Position numbers and translations under genes: made by a program. This document shows positions 45,159 to 58,018 of a DNA stretch of 64,000 nt, piece by piece (the stretch's first letter is position 1; each line of letters starts with the position of its first letter). Where the stretch lies: sequence record OR805295.1; one strand, given 5' to 3'. Under the pieces are notes generated by a model. The model saw only the letters and a list, made by a program, of their open reading frames with translations, made no database searches and was not told where the DNA came from.

Positions 45159-47131
45159 ATGCAAACAACAATCGTTAATGCCCTAAAATCTATTAATGTA
45201 AAGTATTCGGATATATTTTACACAAATGGTAATTTGTGTAATACCGTTACAATACGAAATATTCGCAAAAACGGTAAATTAGATTCGGCAGAACAAATTA
45301 ATGTAGAATCAGTTGTGAGCAATTATTTGATTCAAAAAGATTTAAATTTGCCCTTTTCTATTCAATGGGCAAATAATGATTGCTGTGAAGAGTATACTAC
45401 ACTTATTCTCTTCTTCAGAAAATAGTGTATGATTAGATTAAAAAGATATGTTCAATTGCATAGCATATACAGATTGTCTTACTATGCGCACAACATACAT
45501 TTTAGCAAAACAAAGAAGATAATGCTTTACGTAGGAAACGCAGGTCCCGTACCCGTAACATGACAGTATATAGCGTTAAAATGTGCATTTTTTGCACGAT
45601 TTTGCGGGGTATGCGTTACAAGCAATACACACATACTGCTTTTAAAATGCATGCTTACATGCGCTTTGTAGGGGGTTTAAAACATGCTTAAATTAGTTAC
45701 CACTGTGCTATACAACGTCTGTGTAGCTTCGTTGATAATGATTGTGTTTGTATGTGGTATAAATTTAGTAATGTATATAGATAACAATACTGACAATAAT
45801 CCAGTTGTTATCTTTATTTCCCTTCTATCGGTTATTTGGGGCGTTGCGCGGTTAAGCTATATGTTTGTTACTATCCAATTTCAGTCCAAGAAATAAAAGT
45901 ATTGGTAACATATGATAGATAAAAACGGAAATACAGAAGACTTTGATTTTGATGATGCATGCACTATAACTGACCTGCCTGTTCCTCTTCAGCAAAAAAT
46001 ACAATCATATAAATTAAATAAAATATTGGTTATGGTTGCAATCCTTAAATATTCGAATATAAAACAAGAAATTGGATGTTTCGCTATCATATGGGATCAT
46101 ATAATAAAAATAACGGTTGAAATAAAATGCAATCCGTATGCAGAAACACACATACTCATGCATGCGCATGTATCTTCTAATTCCGATTCATGCACTCATA
46201 GCGTATTGCTGAATTACAGAAACAAATATTTACCCACTAATTATTATAATTAATATGGAAGATATTCTTAAAATTGCTAAACTAATCGGGTACGTAAACA
46301 TACATGCAAATAAACATTTTCGGTATGTTTTTAACAAAGATATGGAACATGTATGTGTTAGTGCTAAGAGTAGGACAAGTATAAACGGAATAAAATACCT
46401 TTATGTAGTAATGAATATATATTATATATATTGCCAGCAAGAAAGTGTTGCCGTTATATTAAACGAAGTAAACACCGATGAAATGCCTGTATTAGATAAT
46501 CTTTATGCTAAACTTAATGATTTAGTTACACATAAATCTATTATAAAATTTAAATATACAGAAATAACACAAGAACAAATAGATTTGTTGAATAATAGTG
46601 AAAGATATATAGTATATTTTGACGACTTTATTTTAGAATACGGAATAGCTTCGTTTTATTAATTTGAGGAATATATGAAAAAACAAACAGGATTTACAGA
46701 TTGGCCATTGATTAGTTTGGGTACAATTATTATCTTGTGTGTATGGGTATTAATTCTACAATACACAGAAATAAATGTACTAGAAGAAAAATGTAACAAA
46801 GTGGGTGGTATTTTTAATAACACCGTTTGCATACGGTCAGATGCAGTTATTAATTTAGATAAGGTAAAATAAAATGCCAAAACTTTACGTTAACAAAAAA
46901 CATGATACCATTTATCTTCAATTAGATCATTTCTCATCTAATACTGTATCTCCAATTAATTATAACGAAGATGTAGAATATGTAATTGATAGGATCCGTA
47001 GTCTGCACAAATCCGGCTTCGGATTTAGTCATATGAATACTCTACAAGAATATCTTACGGCAAGAACAGAGCAGGATAAGAAGTTTAAGCTTAAAGTAGA
47101 AGACTTCGAAGTAGTATCATTTAAGATTTAA
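45159..47131 (+). other. Run of small hypothetical genes (45159, 45684, 45912, 46255, 46675, 46874)
   Basis: Closely packed co-directional ORFs; two with hydrophobic helices. Confidence 0.65.
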
Positions 47132-47152
47132 AATTATACATAATCAAAGTAT

Positions 47153-47181
47153 TTGACATTTGATGTGTATAATAGTATAAT
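47153..47181 (+). promoter_or_regulatory. Consensus sigma70 promoter driving an ORF-less region
   Basis: TTGACA-17-TATAAT. Confidence 0.92.
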
Positions 47182-47187
47182 TTGTTC

Positions 47188-47900
47188 ATGCTGTCGTAAC
47201 AGCTACTTTGTTCCATTCACAAGCAGCTCTGTTCCATTATTGGATATTGGTAGTAGAAACTATCCCCATCGTGCCCACAGTATTGTTCTGTTAGAGACAG
47301 ATTAAAACATACAAAAGTGGGTTATTTAAATTATGATTTTGGGTGCTGAAGTATAGTCGTTAGACAAGGATATGTCTAATGTTGCAAAGGACTATGCGAA
47401 ACGTATTATATATCTTATCCGATATTAGATATGTAATAAAAGGATGAAGCTCTGGTAGAAACAGAGTGTAATTCTTGCTTGTATTTCACACGGATATACA
47501 AAAGAATATACACACCAACTTCAGCATTGATGTAAATTTTCTAGCATAGGTATATAACATCGATGTTCCGGGATTCATTGGAAACAATGAGAGAATGATG
47601 TAATCTGAGGAAAAAGGTCCCCGCCTCGTCCATATTACGAAATGGTTTTGAGTACTTATGCCCTCGTCCTATATTGGCATATGGGTTTTATATTTCTCCC
47701 GTAATTACGGGAGAATATAATTTCCTGAACCTACTTGGAAATGGACGCTTCTGCTGTGCGAAGCACAGCATCTAAGGGCCTTCACCCTTACCGCTAAGAG
47801 CAAGAGCAAAAGCAATATAATTACAAATAAGAATTAATTATTGTTTAGTTTTATCGTAATGAATATGAAGATAAAAACTAAACAATAATTCACATGTAGC
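47188..47900 (+). ncRNA. Candidate ~700 nt structured ncRNA
   Basis: No ORF >=60 aa on either strand; many stems including 47344-52/47518-26. Confidence 0.65.
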
Positions 47901-48047
47901 GTTAGCTACTGTGAATATCTACTATAGTATTAACCATATATGTATACAAGGGCATAATATGACTATTACTTGTTGACAATATGATATGTGTGTTACACTG
48001 CATAAATCAAATGTACATTACAATGTTTTGATTATTAGGAACATACT

Positions 48048-48632
48048 ATGTCATTTTCTTTGACTGCTGCTATTAATCGATACACTAGTCTAATAGAAGA
48101 AAATTTCAAAATAAATTATCTGAGGCAGTTTGAGTCAGGATATATCTCGTATAAATTACTAAGAAATAAAGCACTCCTGCATACCGAAATATCACATGGA
48201 CTTGATTACATAAAGGTAATTATTTCTTATACATATGTAGAAAATAATGTCGAATTAGATATCAAATCATCTATTGTACATTCGTATATTTCTACTACTG
48301 ATTGCTCTAAATTTAAAGTAGGAGATATAAAAACGTTTTACGATTCAGTTCCTCGTGGAAATGTTTTTAATATTAAAGAGAATACTCAAGTTAGCTGGGC
48401 AACAGCTAATATTGGAATTCACGAGAATCCGTTTAATCTTAATTATATTTCGAACAATAAGTATATTCGATTAGAAACAGGAGATATATTTGTTTGTATT
48501 AATGATAGTATGGTAAATGAACTACAAGAACATATGCATGTTCATTCTATATGTACTAACAAAACAAAGAAGTTTTATGTAAGAGAAATTGATTTAAATA
48601 TGCTACATTACAAAAAACACATTATGGAATAA
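48048..48632 (+). CDS. Hypothetical protein
   Basis: 194 aa, AGGA RBS. Confidence 0.75.
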   Translation: MSFSLTAAINRYTSLIEENFKINYLRQFESGYISYKLLRNKALLHTEISHGLDYIKVIISYTYVENNVELDIKSSIVHSYISTTDCSKFKVGDIKTFYDSVPRGNVFNIKENTQVSWATANIGIHENPFNLNYISNNKYIRLETGDIFVCINDSMVNELQEHMHVHSICTNKTKKFYVREIDLNMLHYKKHIME

Positions 48633-48635
48633 AGA

Positions 48636-49184
48636 ATGAACTACAAAGCATTAGAAGTATTTTATTTCTTTCTAGAACATTACAAGGTAAATCCAGTCGC
48701 CGACTTGGAATTTAAATTCGAACCCTCAGGTAGTGATGATCAATCTAAGCGCAAGTCATCACTGTCGTTTGTTAAACGTATTGGTGTTCTTACTCCCTCA
48801 TTCAACGAATTATACGAAGTTCAGAATCGATTCATGTCAGATCTTCGAGAAATGAATGTAGTATATAAGATAGGATTTAATTATAATGCATTCAACGTAT
48901 TAGCACCTTTGTATGCAAGATATGAAAAGAATGTAAAAGAATTTCGTCGACTTTTAAAGAAATACTCAAATTTCAACGAAGTAACAGAATATTACAAAAA
49001 AGCCAACAACATGTTACCGGACAATGTATACGAAACAATGAAGGAAGATTTTTCATTGTTTAACGACGTTACTACAAAGAGGTTATCTGAAATAAAACTT
49101 TGTTATCCTAATTGGCAAGTATGGGATTCTGAACATCCCAACTGGGAAACAATAAATCAACTTTATAAGAATGCAAAGAAATAA
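48636..49184 (+). CDS. Hypothetical protein
   Basis: 182 aa, followed by terminator near 49195. Confidence 0.8.
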   Translation: MNYKALEVFYFFLEHYKVNPVADLEFKFEPSGSDDQSKRKSSLSFVKRIGVLTPSFNELYEVQNRFMSDLREMNVVYKIGFNYNAFNVLAPLYARYEKNVKEFRRLLKKYSNFNEVTEYYKKANNMLPDNVYETMKEDFSLFNDVTTKRLSEIKLCYPNWQVWDSEHPNWETINQLYKNAKK

Positions 49185-49342
49185 TGCATATTTAGAAAGG
49201 GAATTATAATTCCCTTTCTTTTTGGATCTATATTAGCAAATGCTAATTAATCTTATTTGCACAAATTTAATCCTATTGTGTTTTCTATTTTGAAGTGCTA
49301 CATTACATGTAGTTGCATAAAACTATACACAGGAGAAATGAT

Positions 49343-49891
49343 ATGTGGGATATCAAAGATGGGGATGATATCGAAGTCGAAGCAGTTATGGATGAACGAA
49401 GCTATGAGTGGACCGGCAAGTTACGTATCATCCAATATCGGACCCTTCAATCGGCTCAGTGGCGTGTTATTATCAATATAGTAGAATTTTGGAGTCATTC
49501 TACTGAAAGTATACTGAAAGAACTTGGTATAGAAGCTAAACACATTACTAAAGGATATGCCACACTTAGTATGGTTCGTTTCCCGGATGTTGATTACCTG
49601 TTTAGTGTAACACCCGATAATGCAGATTATGTAACTGTTAACCACAGTGCAGTAGATATTTCTGACAGTTGGTTTGTTGCAAAAAACATAAAAGCAGTTA
49701 TGTATCATTTGGGATCTGAAATCCAGATCACTCCGTGGTTTGTGCGTAAAGATAGTAGCGAGACAAATTTCAATTGTATTGATCGATTAGTAGCTCTAGT
49801 AAAAGAGAATACTGATGTTGACACGTATCAGTACATCAAGGTAGGTTGTCCTGAGGACAAGTCATTTTACTTTGCGTGGATAGACAAATAA
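49343..49891 (+). CDS. Hypothetical protein
   Basis: ATG 7 nt after AGGAG. Confidence 0.75.
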   Translation: MWDIKDGDDIEVEAVMDERSYEWTGKLRIIQYRTLQSAQWRVIINIVEFWSHSTESILKELGIEAKHITKGYATLSMVRFPDVDYLFSVTPDNADYVTVNHSAVDISDSWFVAKNIKAVMYHLGSEIQITPWFVRKDSSETNFNCIDRLVALVKENTDVDTYQYIKVGCPEDKSFYFAWIDK

Positions 49892-49980
49892 TTCGTTTGC
49901 TATACGTACTAATACGTTGTATACTGTTAGTACGCATAGTAGAAGTAACACATAACGTTTTGATTTAATGGAGCCTTAAC

Positions 49981-52287
49981 ATGAGAGAAGAGTTTGAAGC
50001 CGCGATCTTCGCGGAAGTGAATAAACAGCGCGCCGCCGAAGGTGAATTTGTCCTTCAGCATCCAGAGGGGCTATTTGCCCGCGATGACGATGGTTCCTAC
50101 TTGATCCGCTGGGTCAAGAGCGCATGGTGGGCCTGGAAAGCCAGTCGTGTGGCACTGACGCCCCGGACGCCCGATGTGTGCAGCGAGTGCAATGACACCG
50201 GGAAAGTCTATGACGAAAGCGGCGCCGGTCCGTGGAGTTGCTACGCCTGTACCGATAACCCGGAGGTGATCGGCTACGCAAACGGCGATGAGTTGGACAA
50301 CATGCTGGATGACCGCACTGCTGTTCTCTCTCCAAGGAAGACCAGTTTTCACACCGTGCCAGTGTATCGACTGATCCACACCCAAAACAAAAGTTTTCAA
50401 TAAAATCGATATGGAACTGGTCCTTCAAGAAGCCGAAATTGAGGTAGTGAAATGAGCAGACTGACCGCTGAACAAGCCCGTGACATAGCGCGAGCGAAAG
50501 ACGATGTCGATGCCATCCTCAACGACATCGCCAAGGCAGCCGCAGAAGGAAAGTACGTGTACACTACCCGCGCCTATGGGTTCGGTACAGGCGGCGGACG
50601 GCGCAGCGACGCGATCCTCAAAGTGTTGCGTAGCCTCGGCTACGACTGTGCGGTGCATGCTGAGGGACGCCAGTCTGTTGACCTGTGGCTTGAAGTGAAA
50701 TGGGGAGACAAGCCATGACTAACAACCCCGGAGATTCAAAAATGATCGTAGAAAACGCCAAGCAAGCCGCCGAAGACTTCAAAACTTCCATGGCTAAGAT
50801 TTTTCCGAATTACATCGCCAGGGCGTCGGTTTCCGATAACCTTGGTCCGGCGATGACAATTTCGTTTGCGAATGTCGGTTGCGCTTCCGAAGCCCCTAAC
50901 AGCATTCTGATAAATGCGAGCGGTTACATGCGCTTTATGATGCATTTGTGTGACAATTGCGGGAATGTATTGCCAGAAGGTTCGCCGGTAGAAATTGAGC
51001 TGCTAATGTGGTCTATCCCCTATCGTTCGGAAGTAATCAAGTTCCGCAAGATCAAGGGCAAGACACCAGCCGAAGCTATGCAAAAGCTAGTCAAGTGGTT
51101 TGAAAAAACGCCGAAGCTATCCGGGGTCTGTAATGGTCTCCACGTAGGACACGCAGAATGAACATTGTGTTGGACAAATTGCTGTTTGGCGGTTTCATCG
51201 ACCAGCACCGCAATGAACTTGCCCAGCAACAACTGAATCGGTTGTTTGCCAAGTACGGTGAGCCGAAGATTGGTATCACACGGGCATGCTTTCTATCTAA
51301 GCATTACGTCCTGAAGTTCCCGATTAATGACAGGGGTGAGCGGTGCAACGATTGGGAAGGTAGCTGTTCCGGCAGCTATTTGGCACGCGGACGCTGGCTA
51401 GAAATCGGAGGCTTCATTTGCGTCATGCAAGAGCGTTTGGTTGAAGTGGATTGGAAGAACAACACCCATGCAAACTTTCCTGATTGGGTAGGCAGCATAG
51501 ATTGTGGTCAAGTCGGCTACGATAAACATGGCGTTCTGAAAGCGTATGACTTCGGGTGAAGCATGACCATCAATTTGTTTGTTGTCAACATAAAGAACGA
51601 ACCTATCCCAACCGACCACAAGTCGATACTCCGCTATCTTGGCCTTAGCCTGCACACGCAAGGCCGTCGTGTATCTGCCAAATTCAGCAGCGGTAAGTTG
51701 AAGCTGAACAACTACAACATCGAATTTTTTCACATGGCGGAGATGATTCCATGACCGACACCAACAAAATAAAAAAGCTAGCAAAACTGGACGAGATCGA
51801 CAGGCTCAGGGCAGAGCGAGACGCCGCCCTGGCCAGGGTCGTAGAGCTGGAACGCGGCAAGGTCTACGTCGAAGCCCGGCAATGCGACGAGTGCCAGCAT
51901 AGCGGGATCAACGATTCCGCCACGGGCGTGGCTGCCTGCCACGAATGCGACTGGACCGGACCAGAGCCAGAAGAGGATAAGTGCCCCGGTTGCCAGAGGG
52001 AGAATTGCATGGCCGCAGCCTGCCCGCAGTGTGGTGCCCGATATGTCCTTGTTGCCAGCGAAGAGATAGCCGCCCCTGTAGCCCAGGCTCAGCACAGCGT
52101 ACCAGAGGAATGGCGCGACATGCTGGCCGAGCTGCAATGGCATTACGAGCCGTATGACGATCACCACCACACGCCCCAGGGCTTTTACTGCCCGCGTTGT
52201 GGGAGAGAACAGGACGAAGGACACAAGCCGGGATGCAAGATAGCCGAGTTGCTCGCCACTGTCGACCTCAAAGAAGACAAGAAATAA
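49981..52287 (+). other. GC-rich gene island (49981, 50452, 50715, 51158, 51563, 51751)
   Basis: Abrupt rise in GC; overlapping co-directional ORFs; 51751 has several CxxC motifs. Confidence 0.85.
51158..51559 (+). CDS. Minimal protein-kinase-like protein
   Basis: GITR...YVLKFP...NDWE...SIDCGQVG...YDFG. Confidence 0.45.
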   Translation: MNIVLDKLLFGGFIDQHRNELAQQQLNRLFAKYGEPKIGITRACFLSKHYVLKFPINDRGERCNDWEGSCSGSYLARGRWLEIGGFICVMQERLVEVDWKNNTHANFPDWVGSIDCGQVGYDKHGVLKAYDFG

Positions 52288-52328
52288 AATTCTAAATTAC
52301 TCGAACAAACATAATAGGAGCAGCATAC

Positions 52329-52559
52329 ATGAGCCTCAAATATAACGGATATGTCTTTAACATTAGTATCCTTGGCCAAAACGAAGCTATCAGTGAATAC
52401 GCCTATCCTACCGATGATCCTGAAAGTGATAAAAAGAAAGCTTTTTTGGCTGCAATGACAAAATTCGTCGAATCGGATGATTTCGAGAAATTTACTAATC
52501 AAATGTATAACAATTTCTCGATTAATGTTCAAGCACTAGTTTCTACGGCTACGGAGTAA
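52329..52559 (+). CDS. Hypothetical protein
   Basis: AGGAG RBS, 76 aa. Confidence 0.75.
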   Translation: MSLKYNGYVFNISILGQNEAISEYAYPTDDPESDKKKAFLAAMTKFVESDDFEKFTNQMYNNFSINVQALVSTATE

Positions 52560-52761
52560 ATTTTCAATTATTATACTATTTCAGTTACTTGTATCAGCAA
52601 CAAGACTGCAGAAAATAAAGAATAATTAATTCCAGTTATTTGTTCCTGTTTTAAGTGACAATAAAGAAGGTATGACTACTTTGTCTTTGATGCTAAGTAG
52701 TAATTATCCTTACGATAACTACACACATATCAACTAGCTATTATGATAGAGGCAAAAATAA

Positions 52762-52938
52762 ATGAATATCTTAAAACATATATATTGGGCTGTGCGTTAT
52801 GGTGATTGGAATATAGGTTGGGATCCAACCTGGGGTAGCAAACCCAATGAACCTTTTATTTGGTGTAAACCGATATATTATGACGGACATCATTGCTACT
52901 TGCGAGTAGGCTACTTTTGGATAGGAGTAACATACTAA
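52762..52938 (+). CDS. Small Trp-rich protein not in the ORF track
   Basis: 58 aa MNILKHIYWAVRYGDW...YYDGHHCYLRVGYFWIGVTY. Confidence 0.65.
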   Translation: MNILKHIYWAVRYGDWNIGWDPTWGSKPNEPFIWCKPIYYDGHHCYLRVGYFWIGVTY

Positions 52939-53179
52939 CATTTACAATATATCTATAAAAGAATATATTAGTAACACAATTGTTAAATTGCAAACACTAA
53001 TTAATCTTATTTGCATTTGCTATCTTGTATAATAGAAACGACTTCTAAACATGGATATGAGATGGAAAACTTAGATAGGATCTCTGTTACAAATTTTTGA
53101 GTTAAAATACATAGTAGTTTTGCTATTATGTGTTTATAGAAGTTTAATAACAGAACTAAAACATAAAGGATTGTCTGTT

Positions 53180-54831
53180 ATGAAAAGTTACGCAAAGTTT
53201 TATGTAGGAACAAACATTTATGATGCCGAAGTGCCGGATTTAGACATAAACATGCCAGATGCAGAACTTTTCGAAGTAGCATTGCATCAAATGGCAGTAC
53301 AGTGGTCTAGCACCGCCGGGCATCCGCATCACAAGGATGCAATGCGTAAAGACGGCAAGGTAGCCCGGAGTAAAGAACGGGTGTATATTCGCGGCAACGG
53401 TTGGTCCGTTTCGTTACATAGTCCCGAATTTGTAGAAAAACACTCGGCATACCTTGCCGCAGCGGAGTGGAAACTACTAACAGATTTGCTTGTATTTGAC
53501 ACCTGCTGGAACGCTAATTAGTAATTCTCTCTACACAGGAGAACGGCAATGAATACTATCAGTGTAAGAAATATGCGTTATATTGTACGTGGTTTTGTTA
53601 CTCATGCAATTGCCCGGGGTTATTCAGTTTCCGTTTATGAAGGGGGTGATTGGGCGATCGAGAAGAGTACTTCTGTAAAAGATATTATGAATTCTATCAT
53701 GTCTACTGACAGTGATACATTCTGTATTTATAATGCAGAGAAAGTGAAGGTAGGTCATGTATATTGCATTTATTGCAATAGTGATTACGAAGTTATTGCA
53801 GATTACACCGATTCACCTCTTATGCAATCGATTCTCGTCGAAGCTCTACGCAGAGCAAATCGAATAGAAGAACTGAGCTGAGAAAAAGAAGCAGGAATTA
53901 TTCCTGCTTCTTTTGTATGTTACAAGTTAAACAAGATTAATTTGCATTTGCTATGTAATAATATTTTCTATTGAATTAAATATTACATGTGTTACTATAT
54001 GCACAATGCTGTTAAACAAAGCGATAAATTAATAGCTATGGCAAATAAATTACATATCATCTGTGCAAAATGTGGTAGCACTCTTATAAACATAAAAATA
54101 CCAAAAGTATGTGCAGATGATCCATTAAATGTAGTATATTTTTCGTGCGAAAACTGTAAGGAACTTACAGGCATATACGAATGGACAGAAACAAATAATC
54201 GCAAAGTAGTTGACGATAGGTAAGAAGTAAATGGAAGCATATACAGATTATCCTATCCTAATGATCGGCGATGTTCCGCATGAAGAAGCACCTATAAGAA
54301 AAATAATTATAAAAGGTTATGATTTTAAATATATCTGGGCAGTATACCATTATATGGATTTAATTCCTATAAGGGTTCAGATAAAACGCTGTTATGTGTA
54401 CGAAACTCCGGGTAGAGTAGGTTATGTAAAATCTATTAGAGAAGAAGTATTAAGAAAACGCAAAAAGAAACAACGTGACATATATGAATACGATACATAT
54501 CAAGATGAAGACGATTTTTGGAAAGGAATGTATTAAAATGCATAATACTCGTATTGTTGTTCGACTCAATGTTATCACTCCTATTTCAACTGCTAACGGC
54601 GTTGTAGTTGATTCAGTAGTCCGCGGGCATCGAGCAGGCATTAAGCAAGGCAAACAAATGTATCATGTTTATTCTATTCAAACAGGCGAGTATCTCGGTT
54701 TGAAATCAGAAGACGACGTAAGTGAAATTAAACCGTCTTCGTATGAAGAATTTCTTACTCCGAGAACACTTACTTCAAACGAAGTAGAACAAGTTAAATC
54801 TTCTTTCGAATGGTACGAAGCTAACATTTGA
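53180..54831 (+). other. Early-type small genes (53180, 53549, 53987 CxxC ribbon, 54231, 54538)
   Basis: RBS-bearing ORFs separated by hairpin terminators near 53884 and 54835. Confidence 0.75.
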
Positions 54832-55066
54832 TATAAAGGGGGAATAATTCCCCCTTTATTTTTCTTTTATAAACATAAATAATTCGCATTTGCACCGAAG
54901 ATGCTTTATAACGCATAAATTTACATAGCTAATACATACATATTGCTAACGTTAAAAAGCGCATTATATAGCTTATAATTGCATATTGTGCAATGCATTT
55001 GTTGGTGTTATATTAAACATGCGCAACAATCAACTATACAAAAACATTTATTATGGAGATACAACA

Positions 55067-55740
55067 ATGAAAAATACACTGTGTCTCGTTGCATTTTTGG
55101 GTCTCACAGTAATAGCTCATACTTATGCAGCAGATTCTGCAAATAAAGACGTGAGCACCCTCACTATGGAACAGGATCTAGAAACATATCTAAGCGAAGA
55201 GTTTGGATTAACAGGGAAAGTTAATTGCAATAATGCCGTTAACGGAATGTTCGAATGTGTCATGCACGACGGACAAAAGAAATACATGTTTGCATGCAAT
55301 GCAGAAGACAGTGTATGCATAGTAGTATCTGTCCCAATTAAAGGAATTCGGTTATGAAAAAAGCTCTTTCAAGTGTAATAGGTATTATTGTTCTGTTACT
55401 AGGCGTGTTTATGGTAGATAATCCTACAATAGGATTAATGCTAGGAGGGTTAGTAGGTAGTTATATTTTCAGCATAGGCGGAGTAATTCTATGTGTTATA
55501 TCGTTTATGATATTTGCACTTGCCTTTGTTGAAATGAAATGAATGATTTATTTAAGTATTTGGACATTTGTATCTATAATAGTATCGATATATCATAATA
55601 TTTTAACTATAAAAATGCATAAACAGGTACTGTTGTATAAAGATTATACTTTTTATAAGGAAAGATTAGATTTTGTCTGTAATAGTTATATATTTTTCAA
55701 TGTAATATTCTTCATTTTCATTGCATGCGTTACAAAATAG
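55067..55740 (+). other. Secreted/membrane small proteins (55067-55357 signal peptide; 55354; 55543)
   Basis: MKNTLCLVAFLGLTVIAHTYA signal-like leader, Cys pairs; hydrophobic helices. Confidence 0.65.
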
Positions 55741-55799
55741 ATCACAAAAAGTTTTAAAATTCAGTTTACAGCATGCATAGTTTTACGTATTATAAACAC

Positions 55800-56065
55800 A
55801 CAAAGCAATACAGCATAACGCATTGTAAGCAACACTAAACGGGAGACACCGTCCCGCAAGCAGCCCGCCCGCGATGTTCGCGGGCTGCGGCAAACAGGTG
55901 TACAAGGTCTAGTAACGTGGAAGGCGCAGCATACCTTTCCTTAAATCGGAAATCGGTCAATGACGTACCTGCCCCTGGACACTGCTAGACCTTGCTGCTA
56001 CAGGCGGGACAGCTACAAAGGTACACTGTATGTATCTATGCTTTACCCCGCTTTGTAGCAGGTCT
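55800..56065 (+). ncRNA. Candidate ~260 nt GC-rich structured ncRNA
   Basis: TTTACA-17-TATTAT promoter; stems 55860-88, 55903-12/55985-94, 55996-56008/56047-60. Confidence 0.6.
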
Positions 56066-56341
56066 TAAAACGGTCTACTGGCATATGCCTTAGTGCTAGT
56101 AGGAATCATTAACCTAAAACTATTATATGCTTCCTGGAGGTGAAGAGTATGCCGCCGCAGCATTAAATATACATTATGATGATGATAATTATGAATGCCG
56201 AAACACCGCTTCGATTCGTTTAAAAGACAGATGTCTGAATCGAATGTTTTTGGGCAAAAAGGTCCCTTAAATGGGATTTTTTTGCGGCTGCTAACTAGCA
56301 AACGCGAATTAATCTTATTTGCAATTTAAGAAAAATACCAG

Positions 56342-56370
56342 TTGACTGTAGCTTGCTAACATAGTACATT
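56342..56370 (+). promoter_or_regulatory. sigma70 promoter
   Basis: TTGACT-17-TACATT, 22 bp downstream of Fur-box-like element. Confidence 0.8.
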
Positions 56371-56399
56371 TAACTCATAAATCCGCAGGAGTAGCAGTT

Positions 56400-58018
56400 A
56401 TGTCGCTGAAAAAGAAACTTTTAAATTCTGTGCAGATTAAATATTTCGGCAACATTTATACTTACATTTATGATGCCGTTTATGACGTTATTTATTTCGA
56501 TAACCAGCAAATGTCTTATGCTGAATTTGAAGAGGCAGTAGACTGTAAGCTAGGAGAAGTTCTGTGAATGAATATGTCGATACACACAGAGCTAAAAGAA
56601 TACTAATAATTTCTTCTATATGTTTTTTTGTAACTGGCATTCTGGTAGGATACAGCCTAGCATCGAACTCTGAGTCTGCTTCGTTATATATGCAGTATAA
56701 AGAACTTGTAAAGTCTTGCGAAGCAGAATTGCCAAGAAATGAAAATTGTCAAGTAATCGTATATGCTATACCAACACCCGAAGTAGAAGAAGAGAAACTA
56801 GAAATACAAACAATTCTCAGAGGGGTCGAAATAAAATGAGCGTATACTGTAATTGCATAGCATGCGGTGGAGATGATCCGTATGCTGTATGTGAAAATGT
56901 GTTAATGGATATCCAAAAGCACAAATATAATACTGGTCCCAGCTGGGGGCTGGTAGTTGCGGCAGTATTGTGTTTGGTAGGAATGGGATTAGCAGGTAAC
57001 GCAGCACTATCTGATAAAAAAGAAACACCGTGCGAAACTACACAACAAAAACAAGAGGTGTATAATGAGTAACAAAACAACAGACATGCTGGTAGATGAA
57101 TTTCTGTGCGAGCGTGCATCTTTTTCTCCGTTTAGCGAAGGTGTTCATGCAGCTAAACTAGGGCAGAAATATACAGACTGTCCGTATACCAAAAACGAGC
57201 CGTATGAACGTAACGAATGGATTCGAGGACATCAAATGTGGCATGATTATTCTGTTCAACAATACAAATAATATTCAGAGGATATTATGAAGAAACTATC
57301 TATGTGCGATTTTGCCAAATGGAAGGCAAACTATTATAGCACTAATAAATCCTGTCAGCCACTCCGTCTAGGACAAGCATTTATTAACGAATTTTCCGAA
57401 CAAGGTGATATGCCTCAGCCAAATCTATATTATGAAGAAGATAATGCAACTGCTGAGCTTATCATTCTAGAAAAATACATTATATACTAAGGAAGTAGTA
57501 ATGTATCTTGCACACCTATTCGCTTTGGTCCCGTCTATGTTTGCAGTATTGATTAATGCTACCTTTATTAAATACGGTTTGGGACCTGCTGCTATAATAG
57601 TATTTATGGCCTTAGTTGTAACTGTAACAGGAATTGGGTGTATAATAGATATGATGCGTGCATTGTCTGAAGTAGACAATATTATTGATAGATAGTATTT
57701 ATACGCATAAGAGAACTTATGAAACTCAATGAAGTTACTACAATTTCCGATCTAGACAATATTCCTGTCACTGACAAATTTATAGTTGTCGGCGAAGATA
57801 TGGTAGGTCTTGCTTTTATCGATAACGATGGAAAGTTAAATGATGGATTCTTTTTTGAGTGTACTTATACTCAGAATAAGGTACAAATATTTAAAGCTGT
57901 TCAACATTTGAAAAAACAAGTAGATGAATTAAATAATTGTAATAAAGAGAAAGTTATAGCACATATCATGCGAGCTCCTGAGTTTGCATATGTTTGGGTA
58001 TACTTTGAACAAAAATAA
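56400..58018 (+). other. Operon of small hypothetical genes (56400, 56564, 56836, 57065, 57287, 57501, 57719)
   Basis: Overlapping starts and stops, RBS motifs. Confidence 0.75.

Noticed and set aside
47340-47750. RsmY/RsmZ-like sponge
   Set aside because: About five ANGGA motifs, not clearly above chance; only one in an obvious loop
50071-52532. Minus-strand ORFs in the GC island
   Set aside because: Antisense shadows of the coupled plus-strand genes
57719-58018. MKLNEV start as a capsid-targeting leader
   Set aside because: No (L/I)-x-E at residue 10; lies in a sigma70 operon
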